Positions 30,692 to 42,829 of a DNA stretch of 44,367 nt are shown in pieces. A model generated the notes under the pieces. The model ran no database searches. It saw nothing but the letters and a program-made list of their open reading frames with translations, and had not been told where the DNA came from. The first letter of the stretch is position 1, and each line of letters opens with the position of its first letter. Location of the stretch: contig NW_018407210.1 of assembly GCF_002113885.1 (NCBI RefSeq), positions 160,926-205,292 of the forward strand. The letters are read 5' to 3'. This DNA comes from Mizuhopecten yessoensis. Lineage: Eukaryota. Made by a program: the position numbers and the translations under genes.

Positions 30692-31689
30692 CTGTTCAAA
30701 AAAGTATGATTATATCTAAATTAAATCTGAAGGACAACACAACGTCAATAAGCTACAATTTTTAATTGTATCAGTTAATGAACCGTTCCTATCTCTATGT
30801 ACTGGATCATAACACCAAGAGTACATTACACTCACTGACACTAGTACACATTGCCATGTAAGATTCCTTCTGTTCTACCTTTGCCTCCAAATTCTTCTTT
30901 TTCATGAGTGTTTACTGTGCATAATGTAATACAGAAGTAATATGCTAGCAGTACACTGGTTGGAGCATTGACAACTTGCAATGACCTTGACCTTTGGTCA
31001 ATGGGGTATGACACAGAAAGTCTTAGGATACACTCTAGTCATGGCATACTAACTTATTAAGTTAAAACAAAATGTGCTGATATGAAATAAGCATTTGACC
31101 TTTGAGACAAAAAGCTTTGTCCTTAGGACTACTGACCTGAAAGTGCTACACGAATTACTGGAACATCTAGTCATGACATGCACAATATTTTATTTCAAAA
31201 CAAAATGCTATGCCGATCAGTTACAGTCTGGAAAAACATTTGACCTTTTAACCTTTAATAAGACCTTGACCTTTGGGATATAGACCTGAGAGTGCTAGGT
31301 GATATACCTTTAAGTCAAAACATGAACATCTACTTGAAGTGATATCTTGAAGTGATCAAAAGATAGGGACTGAACAAGGTGTACAAGGACAGACACATAT
31401 ACATCCCTTTACTTTATGGGGAAGTGGTGGGAGGTATAATTGTATGACCTTAAATAATTGTGATGAAATAATAGAGACAACTAACCTGAATTTACACTCA
31501 TTAACTTTATTAGAAACAGTATCCAGATGTCAATCTATCATAATAAAAGAAAAGAACAAGAGATCCAGTAGGCCTGCATTGCTCACCTAGTATTAATATC
31601 ACATTTGTAACCTTAAAAGGGATCTAAAATAAAGCTACAGACAAAATATCAGTCTTTATGACTACAAGTCATTCAGAAGAACCTGTTAA

Positions 31690-32192
31690 AAGATTTTAAA
31701 ACATTTGACCCCTGTGGCCTTGAAAGTGGAACAAACTTTATAGCCCTTCATCTCAGTATGCAACTTGCAAAATATCACCACCCTAGACCTTTTGTTGATT
31801 GAGAATAGGTCATTTAACTGTTTATACATTTTTGACTCAATGTGACCTTGAAAGTGGGTGAAGGTCATTTAAGTGAAAAGGTTTGATTGCCCTTCATTCA
31901 AGCATGCTACTGGCCAAATATCAACATTCTAGGCCTTATGGTTATTCAGAAGAAGTCATTTAAAGTTTAAACATATTTGACCTTTGTGACCTGGAATATG
32001 AGTGGTCATTCATTTAAACAAACTTGGTAGCCCTTCATCCCAGTTTACTTCTGGCCAAATATCATCACCCTAGGCCTTGTGGTTATTAAGAAAAGGCATT
32101 TAAAGTAAAATATTAACACAGGACGATGGACGGACGCCGCGCCATGGCATAAGCTCACTTGGCTCTTCGGGCCAGGTGAGCTAAAAAAAAAA
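31690..32192 (+). repeat. ~140-bp degenerate tandem repeat x3 (catttgacc..tg.gacct.gaa..tg..), followed by a GC-rich segment (gacgatggacggacgccgcgccatggcataagctcacttggctcttcgggccaggtgagct) and an A10 tail
   Basis: Three diverged units plus a poly-A tail at 32183-32192. Possibly a retroposed SINE- or Helitron-associated satellite; it overlaps the intron of CHMP1. Confidence 0.5.
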
Positions 32193-32202
32193 CTAGACCT
32201 AC

Positions 32203-32271
32203 TTTCTCCAGATTCATACTCTTCATTGCTGATTCCATAGACTTGACCACACCTGCCATGGAACCTGTCAC
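32203..32271 (-). CDS. CHMP1: CHMP1-like exon: VTGSMAGVVKSMESAMKSMNLEK
   Basis: Matches CHMP1B VTKSMAGVVKSMDATLKTMNLEK. ttgacag acceptor and AAA|GTAGGT donor. Confidence 0.8.
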
Positions 32272-32830
32272 CTGTCAATCAAAAACATCTACATCAGAGA
32301 ATGTTTGCATTATTTATAGAATCAAATGCAAGAAACTGACCCTCAGCTATTCAAACCTAGCAATTCTTTATCACAGAATTATTCTATAATTATGTAAGTG
32401 TTCATCATATTAAGAACTATTGAGTAGCATCAATTCTAGAGAATCTCATCTAAACTGGATCATAAGAAATCCAGTACTAAATATATGTGTATTTTCTAAG
32501 TATTGAACTGCACTCTGTTCAGAGTTATGGTCCTTAAATTCTTCACAGGATTGCTGACAAATCAAGTAATGTTGGTGTGCATGCTACAATTTTTTTCCTG
32601 CATTTAATCATAGCTGACTTGGTTTAGGTTTATTCAGTGGCAATGCTGAGCAAATCTAAACATACATAAAGTTTCTTAGTTTGTAACAAATGCTAGATTC
32701 CACCCGTGTAGGTATTAGTATCACCATCAGAAAAAGCCATTTAATTTTGGATGGAAATCCAAAAAGAGACATAAATCCCTTACAACCTTTTTTCAATATA
32801 TTTCACATAGTAGCTATAGCGTGCATCTAC

Positions 32831-32977
32831 CTGTTTCATGGTGACAGCTGTTTGTACCCGGGCAGCCACAGCATCGATCCTTGCACTCATGCGTCTGTAG
32901 TTGAGGGCCTGATTCTTCTGGCGGATGGAGTTCTCTGCATGTATTCGGGCTCCTTCTAGGTTACCTTTCTGGATAGC
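32831..32977 (-). CDS. CHMP1: CHMP1-like exon: [49 protein letters not shown]
   Basis: Matches CHMP1B [49 protein letters not shown]. tgtcacag acceptor and CAG|GTAGAT donor. Confidence 0.85.
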
Positions 32978-33524
32978 CTGTGACAAGATCATCGTTTTGT
33001 CAAAAAAGGTAAGAACCTTGGTCTATCTGAACCCTTACAATTACTTTAAGCTTATAAGATGTGATACTATCTACCGGGTAAAAAGGGAACTGGCATGGAC
33101 CCAGCATGTACATGTAGTCTCGGCTGTTTCATCCCCTTCCTCAGGAGTGAACAATTTTATATGAAAAAGTACTAGCCTGCAGGTTGATTTTGCCCAAACA
33201 TAAAATCTACTAGTCCTGAGAATTTTGCATGTAAGATGTACACCTCTCTTTCTGGGAATCTACGATCACATTGGATAAAAGCCAATCAAACTAATGAATG
33301 TAGTGAGAAGCTCTCTTACAATAAGATGTTAGTTTTAATAGACAAGTTTGTAACATTGCAAATTGGTGCTAGGTTTGGTACTTTTTGTCACGACTGTCCT
33401 TACAAGTACATGTAACATGAATATAATTGGTGAGTTAGAGTTCAATGCTACATGTGTAATATTGCCAAAATATATTATGATTTTTTATATACAATAAAAT
33501 GTATTCACCTAAAGAGAAACTCAC

Positions 33525-33622
33525 CTTTTTTAATTTTCTTTTTTCTGCTCTTTCTTCCTTATCGCATTTAACAGCGAAACGCTGTAGTGACCTAGCACTG
33601 TATTTCAAATTAAAGAGGTGCC
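33525..33622 (-). CDS. CHMP1: CHMP1-like alternative exon 2a (98 nt): (G)HLFNLKYSARSLQRFAVKCDKEERAEKRKLKK
   Basis: ctacag acceptor and AAG|GTGAGT donor. Matches CHMP1B KHLFNLKFAAKELSRSAKKCDKEEKAEKAKIKK. Confidence 0.75.
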
Positions 33623-34202
33623 CTGTAGTGTGTTAAGGTATGTTTGTTATCACCAAGTGTTAGAATACCTGACCATGTAGAAACTTACTATATATGTTTA
33701 CAGGTTTGGTTTGCATTATATCTGTTTAATAAAGCAGCTAAAAATTGGTCACTGGTGAAATAGTCATTTTATTGTCCCGCTCTTGCCCTTTGACCTCTGG
33801 AAATACATCTATATTGCATTTCAGGGACAACTTAAGACTAAAACTGTCATGTCCATTATATAACTGTTTACTATATATATTGTACTGCATGTGCTATAAT
33901 ACCTGGTATATGATAATGTTTTTATTACAATGCAGATCATTCATAGAAAGCATACAAATTTAAGAGAGGTCTGTAATGGAGTAAGTGTATGATTCGGTAC
34001 TTCAATAGAAATATAAGTTTAATACCCTGTTGGGTATATGTACAGGTACATGAGATTCTTTTACACCAGCACAATGATTTCATATGTGAATACTGATACC
34101 TACAGTTTTGTAATACTGTATGTACTTACCTGTAACATACCGGTACTGTTTTCAAAAAAGATAACTTTGCGCTATAATTAACTTACTGTGCAAAACTTTT
34201 AC

Positions 34203-34300
34203 CTTTTTTAATTTGGTTTTTTCTTCTTTTTCTGACTTTTCACTTCGCTTTGCATTGCGCTCCAAGTCCTTTGCAGCGAACTTGAGATTAAATAGATGCT
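34203..34300 (-). CDS. CHMP1: CHMP1-like alternative exon 2b (98 nt): (E)HLFNLKFAAKDLERNAKRSEKSEKEEKTKLKK
   Basis: catag acceptor and AAG|GTAAAA donor. Same length and phase as exon 2a; it is a paralogous copy of the same protein segment. Confidence 0.7.
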
Positions 34301-36782
34301 CTATGGACTGTTAAGGTATATCAGTCAAGACATGCAATACATATAAATCACATATAAATATCAACATTGATAAATACTATAATATGTTCACATGCAAAGA
34401 AATTTACGTAATATATATACATGTACTACGTATACATTGATTTCAAATATATGGAATTTTCTATATTACAAAGTTACAGTGCAACATCAGGATCAGATCA
34501 AGGTAACTAGTGCAGAAATAACTTTAAAATCTTAATGTGATCATAATACAAAGTTTTTGAAAATAATATATCAGGAGCTATATACATGTATAATAATCAT
34601 TCATGTACAATGAATTTGGCATTATCTTTTTATGATACGGATTGACCTGAATAACTTTTTTTTTGCGATTGGGATAAATTGTGTATTACATGTACATCCA
34701 ACCCTAAATTTTGAAATACTGCCTAAAAACATACACTACCAATGCACATATCAATCTTCCCTCCTTTTTTCCAAACCTGGAGAAATCAGTGGGATGGTCA
34801 TGTAAATGAGTAAAATAAACTAAATTCAAATGTTGACCTCTATAAAAAATGTGTGATAGCAACAGTATATAATGTTCATATGTAATATACACATATCATT
34901 CACCTGATGAGATCCGATACAGTATCAGGTATATCATCTCATCGAAGGTTTCTGTGTGTGATATTGTTTTGTGCCGCTGTTTTATCCAGCTGTATCTCAT
35001 AACGATGTGATGCATCAGATCATGCTCATTTCCTTTAAAAAACTAAACAATACAATTTTGAAAAACTGTGGTTATTTTGTCTCACCCTTAAAAATAATGG
35101 CAAAGAACAAGTGTATTTAACAAAACTCAGTGTTGTATAATACGATGGAGCTTACGTAGTAATGACAATGATTATCAAAACTTCACTTAAAATAAAGCAG
35201 ATCTGCAGACCTAGATCAACTACAGTATCCTCGGGTTACCAGTTTCCGCGCACTTAAGAAGCATCCGCAATTCGTACTCATATCAGCAGAAAACTGTTGA
35301 AATTATGGAAGACTGTCATAAACATGTATACAATCTACTAAAGGAAACAAAAAACTTGCAACATAAAACAGTATTTTAAAAAAACCTGAACAAACAAATT
35401 TCTCCCATCAGAAGTAGCCGTCATATGTTTCCGTGTCTATTTTGATTTAGAGTTCAAAGAAAGATAACTCGAATACACTAAAAAGAAACTCTCTACAGTG
35501 ACCTGCAAGAACAAAAGCTTCGCTTGGAATAAAAAAAAACATCTTTGATGATCAAATTAATTATCAAAACACATTTTTTTAAATTTCTCATTTTTAATTG
35601 ATTTTTCAAGATGTCGAATTGAACGAATTCATGTAATTTTATAAATTTATTTATTATATTTATTTAGTTATGATATAGAATCTGTTATTATCATTTTCTG
35701 CAGTCTTATATTGGTTTTGGTTGATGGCACGTTGTTTCTCATTTTGTTCTGTTTAAAATTGGTGAAAATTGGAAGTTCATTGCATTACAAGGTTTACGTT
35801 TCATTGAAAACACTGTTTATCGATATAAGAATGTCTCCTTGGCTCTTCGGAAGTGGAAAAAATCGGTGAGGAGATGTGGGCTCATTTGCATACAACATTC
35901 CCGTACATTTGTCAGATTACAAAAAGGACTGGTTCATGAATGAAATATATCACCGTTTTTTTTAAGGTATGGGTTCATTTTGAGGGGCGGGATAATAATA
36001 GTTTGAAGATTGTTTACCTATTATATAGTAACATACAATCCGACTGAGCTGTATTTGGAAAAAGTTCTGATTCGGTGTTGGTCATATCAACTCGGTCCTG
36101 ACCTTTAGGAACTCTATCCCTATCAGAAAAATGTATTTGAAATGTATATAATTGATTATATGTAGTGGTATATAACTTATACTAATAAAAATCTGACACA
36201 ACATAAAAAATGGAATGGAAATAGGATTTAAGTCAAATGTATATTTGAATTGAGAAGTAATAGAGTATATCAGTGAAGTCTCACCATTACCCTATCAAAA
36301 AATCACATTTTCGTTCTGATCTAAAATTTGATGTCAAATGTTGTTTGACCAGAAATTTGAATCTATGTCAGTTCTTGGTTGCCTTAATATTTTCTGGTAA
36401 TGCATTCCAGTCCTTTATTGCATTATAAGAGAAAGATGTGGACTCTACCCCACTTATATTATTTATATAAAAGTTATATTGGCTTATACTTAGATGGCCA
36501 AACGTCTAAAACATCCTTGTGTTGTGTCCAGCAGGTCACGTAGTAACGAGATATAGCTTGATAAAACAGCTGCGCGGAAATACATATCGAGCGGAAACTG
36601 ATGACTAGACGATACATATATATAATACAGGTGCGCTCTTTTGACAACTGTACTAAAAATAAAACCTTCGTCTAAAATAAACACTGAAGAATAGAATATT
36701 CATTCGCATAGTACTAAAGTAAACAGATAAGTAATGTAGTCACTGAATCAAAAGGTTTTGTTTGCAAGACCCTGTGGGGTAC

Positions 36783-37652
36783 AGTCGTTTCGGTACACGG
36801 TAGTTTCGGTACTTCAAAAATAAGAGGTTTCGGTACTTTTTGTAAGTAGTTTCGGTACTTCAACGATTTTTTCGGTACTTCGTTTTTTAGTTCATAAATA
36901 TTTCTCATTTGTCATTTATTGTTGGTTGTTTATTTTCGGTACTTCGTTTATTAGTTGATAAATATTATTTAACGTTTGCTTTCGTAGTTGTTAAAACAAT
37001 CAAGCAGATCAGTCAATCATTGTTTTCAAACTTCAAATGTGATCCCGCAACATACACGATGGTTGTTTATTTAACGTTTGCTTTTTTAACTGAGCAGCTG
37101 AGTAGATCGGAGTAGCTCAACGTTGAGGGAATTCAACAACTTGTCATAAAAATGACGGTTATATATATATGTCCCGCTACAGATGTATACTTAGAAATTA
37201 TTGAAATATGAATTAAACATATGTTATATATATGTCCCGTTAGACTTAGCTAATAATTAGGGATTTCCGTTTCGGATGGAAATACCTATTGTTATTGTTA
37301 TGTGTTTTAGTATTATTATTATTCTTAATTAATTATTATTAATGCATATATATATGTCCTGTTATACTTAGAAATTATTGAATATTGAAATATGAATTAA
37401 ACATATTATATATATAAAATTATTCAACAATGTAATAATATTAATCTTGTTTTGATTTTGGTATTCATGATTCATGACGTGTACAAAAAAAACTTATGTC
37501 ACCGACATATTAGATATCAAGTTCGTGCTTATATCAAAAAGTGGTGACTTTGACTAAAACTTGGTACCAAAGTGTGTTTTCCATAAGTACCTAAACGATT
37601 TTCAGAAGTACCAAAACAACTTTCAGAAGTACCGAAACGACCAGGTACCTAA
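36783..37652. mobile_element. Putative non-autonomous DNA transposon (~870 bp) with inverted subterminal repeats GTTTCGGTAC (x6 on the left arm, x5 reverse-complemented on the right arm) and an AT-rich interior with an internal ~90-bp duplication
   Basis: Left arm 36787-36945 has repeated (g)tttcggtact. Right arm 37561-37652 has gtacc(g/t)aaac. The ends GTCGTTTCGGTAC and GTACCTAAACGAC form an imperfect TIR. Confidence 0.45.
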
Positions 37653-38065
37653 ACGACCTGAATTCGACCCTGTGACTGATCCAGGAAATCGTGATTTCCA
37701 ATGTTTACATTTTCATGATCTCCAAACCATCTTTGATAATCAACATCTTACCATTTCCTTATTACCAGAAATATTTCACAAATAGTTTAAAGGATACTGT
37801 CCATCGACATCTTTCTTTTCTGTTTTCTGTGACCAACGTTCCTGTGTGATTGGATTTGAGATCTGACTGCAAATTCTAAAATCGTGATTGAGAAATGACC
37901 ACTTCTCTTGTGATGTTGAGTGGGAAATGAAGTCATACATTCCTACGTCATCAATATTTGTGTACTTATCGGACTACCTTTGGATTTATCCTAAATTAAG
38001 GTCATGGGAGGTAAAAAGACGAGAGCTTCCGATTTAAATACACGAGCACATGGGATTTGGTAAAC

Positions 38066-38222
38066 ATGACGGAGGATAACAATTTACCGCAAAAGAGGAA
38101 AAAGAAAAAGTCTGCGGAAGATAAACATGACACCGAGTCACCAAAAAAGAAAAACAAGACAGAAGAATTCACAGAGATTACATTTAAATACCTTTTGAGA
38201 GATCCAGCAACAACTTTTTCAG
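38066..38222 (+). CDS. Plus-strand gene exon 1 (ATG): MTEDNNLPQKRKKKKSAEDKHDTESPKKKNKTEEFTEITFKYLLRDPATTFS (Lys-rich, NLS-like)
   Basis: ATG at 38066 and CAG|GTTCGA donor. Phase 1, which matches the next exon. Confidence 0.45.
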
Positions 38223-38453
38223 GTTCGATGATTTTTTTGCACGACACTGGCTGACATTATCAGATGAAAATGTGATCTATTCAATTTGTGCAATATGATG
38301 ATATACTCTCATTTAAACCTTACCCATTAAGAAGCCAACGTATTGTTATTGTCAATCTCTCGCAACTGCGATTTTTGTAGTTTGAAATGCGTTGTCTTCC
38401 ACCAACTCAAGTGCTAGTGCACTTGTGCAAAACAGATCACAGGGGCATTGAAA

Positions 38454-38655
38454 GCAACTACTTTTAATATTGATCTTGTTTGACTTTCAGTCGCCGCCTG
38501 GGTACGGTTTGGGATATACCGTTCCCAGGCAGCGACTGAAAGTCTAACAAGATCAATGCACTCAACTACTATTATATTGATTCCAGTATTGGGATATAAC
38601 GTACCCAGCGACTGAAAGTCTAACAAGATCAATATTAATAGTAGTTGTATGCCCC
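38454..38655. mobile_element. Foldback/MITE-like element with ~55-bp inverted arms (gcaactacttttaatattgatcttgtttgactttcagtcgc.gcctgggtacg ... cgtacccagcgactgaaagtctaacaagatcaatattaatagtagttg) plus an internal extra copy of the arm
   Basis: Arms are reverse complements; a third partial arm at 38519-38563 pairs with the first. Confidence 0.55.
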
Positions 38656-40183
38656 AGTGAACATATCAAGAATTTCTCAGACCACAGGGTTTCCTTAATT
38701 ACAAATGTCTGAAAATATGTTTGCTATACTGATATGGGTCAACAGCAAACCTAAACATAAAGAACCCCTTGCCCTGTTCTCTAGCTGCGATAACTTAGCT
38801 CGGGACGACCGAACCACGATTTCTGCCGGAGGGGAGAGTAGGCAGGGTATGAATATTCATTGTACTGTTCTCAGACTCGGGGATGCAGCTTGAATACTGA
38901 TATTAATTACAATAATTGTTTGGAAAAACACATTGTAGAAATACGTTGTCTTGATTGGTTAAATTTTATTAGCCATACTTGTCAACTGACCTGTTTCGGC
39001 GAGTCTCACTTGATCAAATACTTCACCTGATGGTCATCGTTTCTCCCGATATTCAAACCATACACCCGATATGACCAAACATTCAGACTCTGTCAAACCG
39101 GAAACACTCGGAACACATGTTTTGAAATGTCGCTGTTAGTGGTGTTCCGATTATCGAAATAAGTCGAAAGTCGATCGATATTGGTGACAAAGTAAGCGCT
39201 CGATTACAATTTCGTAAAATCAAATTATGAAAAACTGCATAAATATGCTAGATTCACTTAAAACTACAATGTATCCAAAAAATTTTCCAGCGTACGTGTG
39301 TTGTTTGAAGTGTCAGGTGAAGGCACATTTCTCATGAATTTTCAATCGGTCTCACAAAAAGAATCAAAGTTTGGTAAACCTTAATTAATAAACAATAAAT
39401 ACATGGATTCACACTCAGACCTTGGTCACCAAGAGGTCTAAAAGCACATGTACAGTCTATAGCCACTTTAATTACAAGCCATACCAATTAGCAGCATAGC
39501 CTAGCTGTGAAAGTTGTGAATGGCTGTCTGTTTTCGCTGCAAATGGCTTGCTGTCAAACTCACCGATGTGTGAACTGTTAAGCAATTCTTTTTACTATTC
39601 TTATTATTTGTTTACTTTTTATATTACTATATCCGAACCGTATCCACATGTAAACCTCATCCTAAAATTCTTTAAAATATCGATAAATCTCCAATTTTGG
39701 TTCCAAAAGAGGCTTCAGAATAACACAAATGAGATAATACTATGTAATATGCCGAATGATTTGTTTTAGATGTCTCACAATTTTCTCACTAATTCAGAGA
39801 AAAAAATCTCATTATTTTACCAAATCTCACTAAAAAAATCACTGATCTCACTATTTTGCACTGGATAGTTATAGCATGTATGTTAAGGCCGGAAGTATGT
39901 ACTCTCGCTATTAGGTAAAGATAGCCGCATATTGTAGTTTCGTTATTTTTCTATACACTTCACAATATATTTACCAAAGTTTTGATATTCCGATTATAAT
40001 CGATTAATTGTTCATGACAAGTCTTCCGATAATCGATAATAATATCTGATCCGATTCCCAACACTAGACGCTGTCAAAACTTTGTGAATTGTGTTCACAA
40101 CCTGAACGACAGATATTTTTCGTGATAATCGGAGCCTGCTGTCATTGCAACACTTAGCCAAAAACATAAAGATATGACTGCAT

Positions 40184-40570
40184 TTATCAAAATACATGGG
40201 AAACAGAATTCAAATTTGTTACAGCAACGTAGCACAGTTTCTAAACAAGAGATATATCAATTCTCAATGTCAACTTCTTGTACCAATAATATACATAATT
40301 CCAGGTAGTTAATTTATCAAAACACATGGGAAACAGAATTCAAATTTGTTACAGCAACGTAGCACAGTTTCTAAACAAGAGATATATCAATTGTCAATGT
40401 CAACTTCTTGTACCTATAATATACATAATTCCAGGTAGTTAATTTATCAAAACACATGGGAAACAGAATTCAAATTTGTTACAGCAACGTAGCACAGTTT
40501 CTAAACAAGAGATATATCAATGTCAACTTCTTGTACCTATAATATACATAGGTAATTCCAGGTAGTTCGA
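40184..40570. repeat. ~130-bp tandem repeat x3 (tatcaaaa.acatgggaaacagaattcaaatttgttacagcaacgtagcacagtttctaaacaagagatatatcaat...)
   Basis: Copies at 40184, 40317 and 40445. Confidence 0.9.
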
Positions 40571-42043
40571 ACTGTTGTGTACAAATTCAAATTAAATTGA
40601 AAATACATTTTTTATTGTCAACTTAACTTCATGACTACGTTTTATTTCAGGCTGAAATGTTTTAGATTGGCATTGCGCCAACAGTGAGAAATACAAACAG
40701 ATTACAGGAGTGAATTTTACAACACACTGATGTGTGCAAATTTAATGTGGAGTCTGTGTGTTCCCCCAAAGTTTTGCAAGTTGCAAAGGCTGTATCACAA
40801 GGCTACAACAAAGGGCATCAATAAATCACACTGTATTACAATCTATTTGATTTTGTTTGATACTTTGTCAATAACATTCATTACCGTCCAAATTTGCGAC
40901 GAAGCACTGTAAAGCCGTAAAAACAGCTCACATACTATGACCAGATATTTGAGTATCCAGGTCTGGTCATGACCAGATTTGGAGCCTCTGCAGGTTGACA
41001 GGTATGCCTGGCTGATGTGTCTCTGACCGTAACATTTAATGGTAATGTAATTTCGGAGCCAGGAAAATGCAGGTTTAATAACATAAGAGCATTCTATTCT
41101 GAAAGGAATATCGGATGTGTGTATCTATGCTGGGGATCGAACCAGCTACTACCCCTGACTTCATAGTCGGATACCTCTGGCTAAATGCTGATGAGCTATA
41201 AAAGAGAATTAAAACCACTAGCTGATGCATTAATACAGGAGCTGTATATTAGGCCTTCTTGTGTGTGTGTTGTAACTGTCACAGCCACAGGAACTTCCTG
41301 CAGTCCATTGAGGGATGGATGGTAACTCATGGTCTACTGCTCCTTGGATGGTTAGACATCAACCCTGAATGTTGCAATTCATTATTTTACTGTTTTTTGG
41401 CTACAGTAACCAAAGCCACTCACAATTCATGTTAAACCACTCAAGCTCTCACCTTGAACACAGCAATATTGAATTCCCCATTCTCTCTTACTTTGACAGT
41501 TCAAACGTGATAATGCTTTACAATGTAACAGTTAACTTAATCAAGTTCTGGTATACACAAGTAAAGTAGAAAAGTCTGTCTGGAGCTAAAGGGTAATTAG
41601 CAAATATTTATGCATGAAGGACTTGAATGAAAAGTCTTATCATCGTTACTAAACTTTGCAAAGACTAGAAACAAAATGACAGGAAAATTCAAATTTGAAT
41701 TTATTGAAACATTCAATTAATTTACAGTTTATGTTTTTTTAAGCATTTAACTAATGTACATTAACGATCATCACAGTTAATAAAAATCATAACAATACAC
41801 AGTTTTAAAATAAAGAATCCCCTGACCCCTATCTGACAGGTATACATCTAACCTCAGAAAAGACTTTGCAGCTAGCAAATGCCTACCGAATTTCAAAAAG
41901 TGTAATTATTTTAGAATGGTGCTCCATAAGAATCATTTCTGATGATGCAGTATGCAAGTAACACAATTCCAAAATGTGTAAAAAAAAACAAATTCAAACA
42001 TCGCTATAGGATTAAATCTGCATCTTTTATATATGTTTTTCAG

Positions 42044-42183
42044 CTTTTGATAAGTTTTCTGAGACTGCACAGCAGTGGTCACAAGAGCAGGGATATGATA
42101 TTGTCGCAAGGTACTGCCAATCATCAGCAGAATGCAGCGAAATATTCAAAGTTCTCGAAGCAGGAAAAAGAAAACCAGGCGAG
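42044..42183 (+). CDS. Plus-strand gene exon 2: (A)FDKFSETAQQWSQEQGYDIVARYCQSSAECSEIFKVLEAGKRKPGE
   Basis: ttttcag acceptor and GAG|GTATTA donor; phase-consistent. Confidence 0.5.
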
Positions 42184-42494
42184 GTATTATCATTTAAATA
42201 ATTCATGCCTTTTTAGATTCAAATTTTATCATACAGTTTTCTAACTGGTGTATGTGTTTCATGTCACTGCCAATACAACATATTTGGTCTTTATAAAACA
42301 GAGATGCTTTCTCGGCAAGTAATACAGTAGATAAAATATCACAGAAACAAGATATTACAGAACTTTGATTCTTCCAAAATGTCAGGCAAAGTTATCTTTT
42401 TCCAAATTCAATCTTGCTGAAGGAAATAGATAAATCCTTAATAAGATCATATATTCTGACAATCTAGTATTAAAAAACTGTGTTTTTGGACCAG

Positions 42495-42782
42495 GTGGCA
42501 GCTATATTTAGATCGCTGGAGGCCATATTGCTCAGGATTGCAGATGACCTTGACAAGTTCTCCATGGTTGGTCAGAACATCGTCCAAAGACTTTTGTCCT
42601 CCCAAATGGCCACCATCTACTTCACACTTTTGATGACCAACAAGTCTGGCCACATCAAGGTTACCCTCAAGCTGCTGACTGCTATGGTCATGTTGGGAGA
42701 CCGGTCAGCACGAATGATTCTTGCTCAATTTGACTTCAACAATCCAGTCTTGCCACCATTATTGAACCGCAGAGACAAAAAG
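42495..42782 (+). CDS. Plus-strand gene exon 3: VAAIFRSLEAILLRIADDLDKFSMVGQNIVQRLLSSQMATIYFTLLMTNKSGHIKVTLKLLTAMVMLGDRSARMILAQFDFNNPVLPPLLNRRDKK (helical-repeat-like)
   Basis: ccag acceptor and AAG|GTAGGG donor. A duplicated alternative donor lies 48 nt downstream at 42830. Confidence 0.6.
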
Positions 42783-42829
42783 GTAGGGAATCCAGTCTTG
42801 CCACCATTATTGAACCGCAGAGACAAAAA
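42732..42829 (+). repeat. 48-bp direct duplication (aatccagtcttgccaccattattgaaccgcagagacaaaaaggtaggg x2) that includes the exon 3 donor
   Basis: Exact tandem duplication spanning the exon-intron junction. Confidence 0.95.

Noticed and set aside
35240-35265. Candidate CHMP1 first coding exon (ATGCTTCTTAAGTGCGCGGAAACTG|GTAACC, phase 1)
   Set aside because: Not reported as a feature. The encoded MLLKCAET does not resemble CHMP1 N-termini (expected ..MEK|HLF). At least two other phase-compatible candidates exist at ~34787-34811 and ~34881-34912. Transcript data are needed.
41095-41180. tRNA T-arm-like hairpin (GCTGGTTCGATCCCCAGC on the minus strand)
   Set aside because: No acceptor, D or anticodon arms could be folded around it. 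At most it is a SINE or tRNA fragment.
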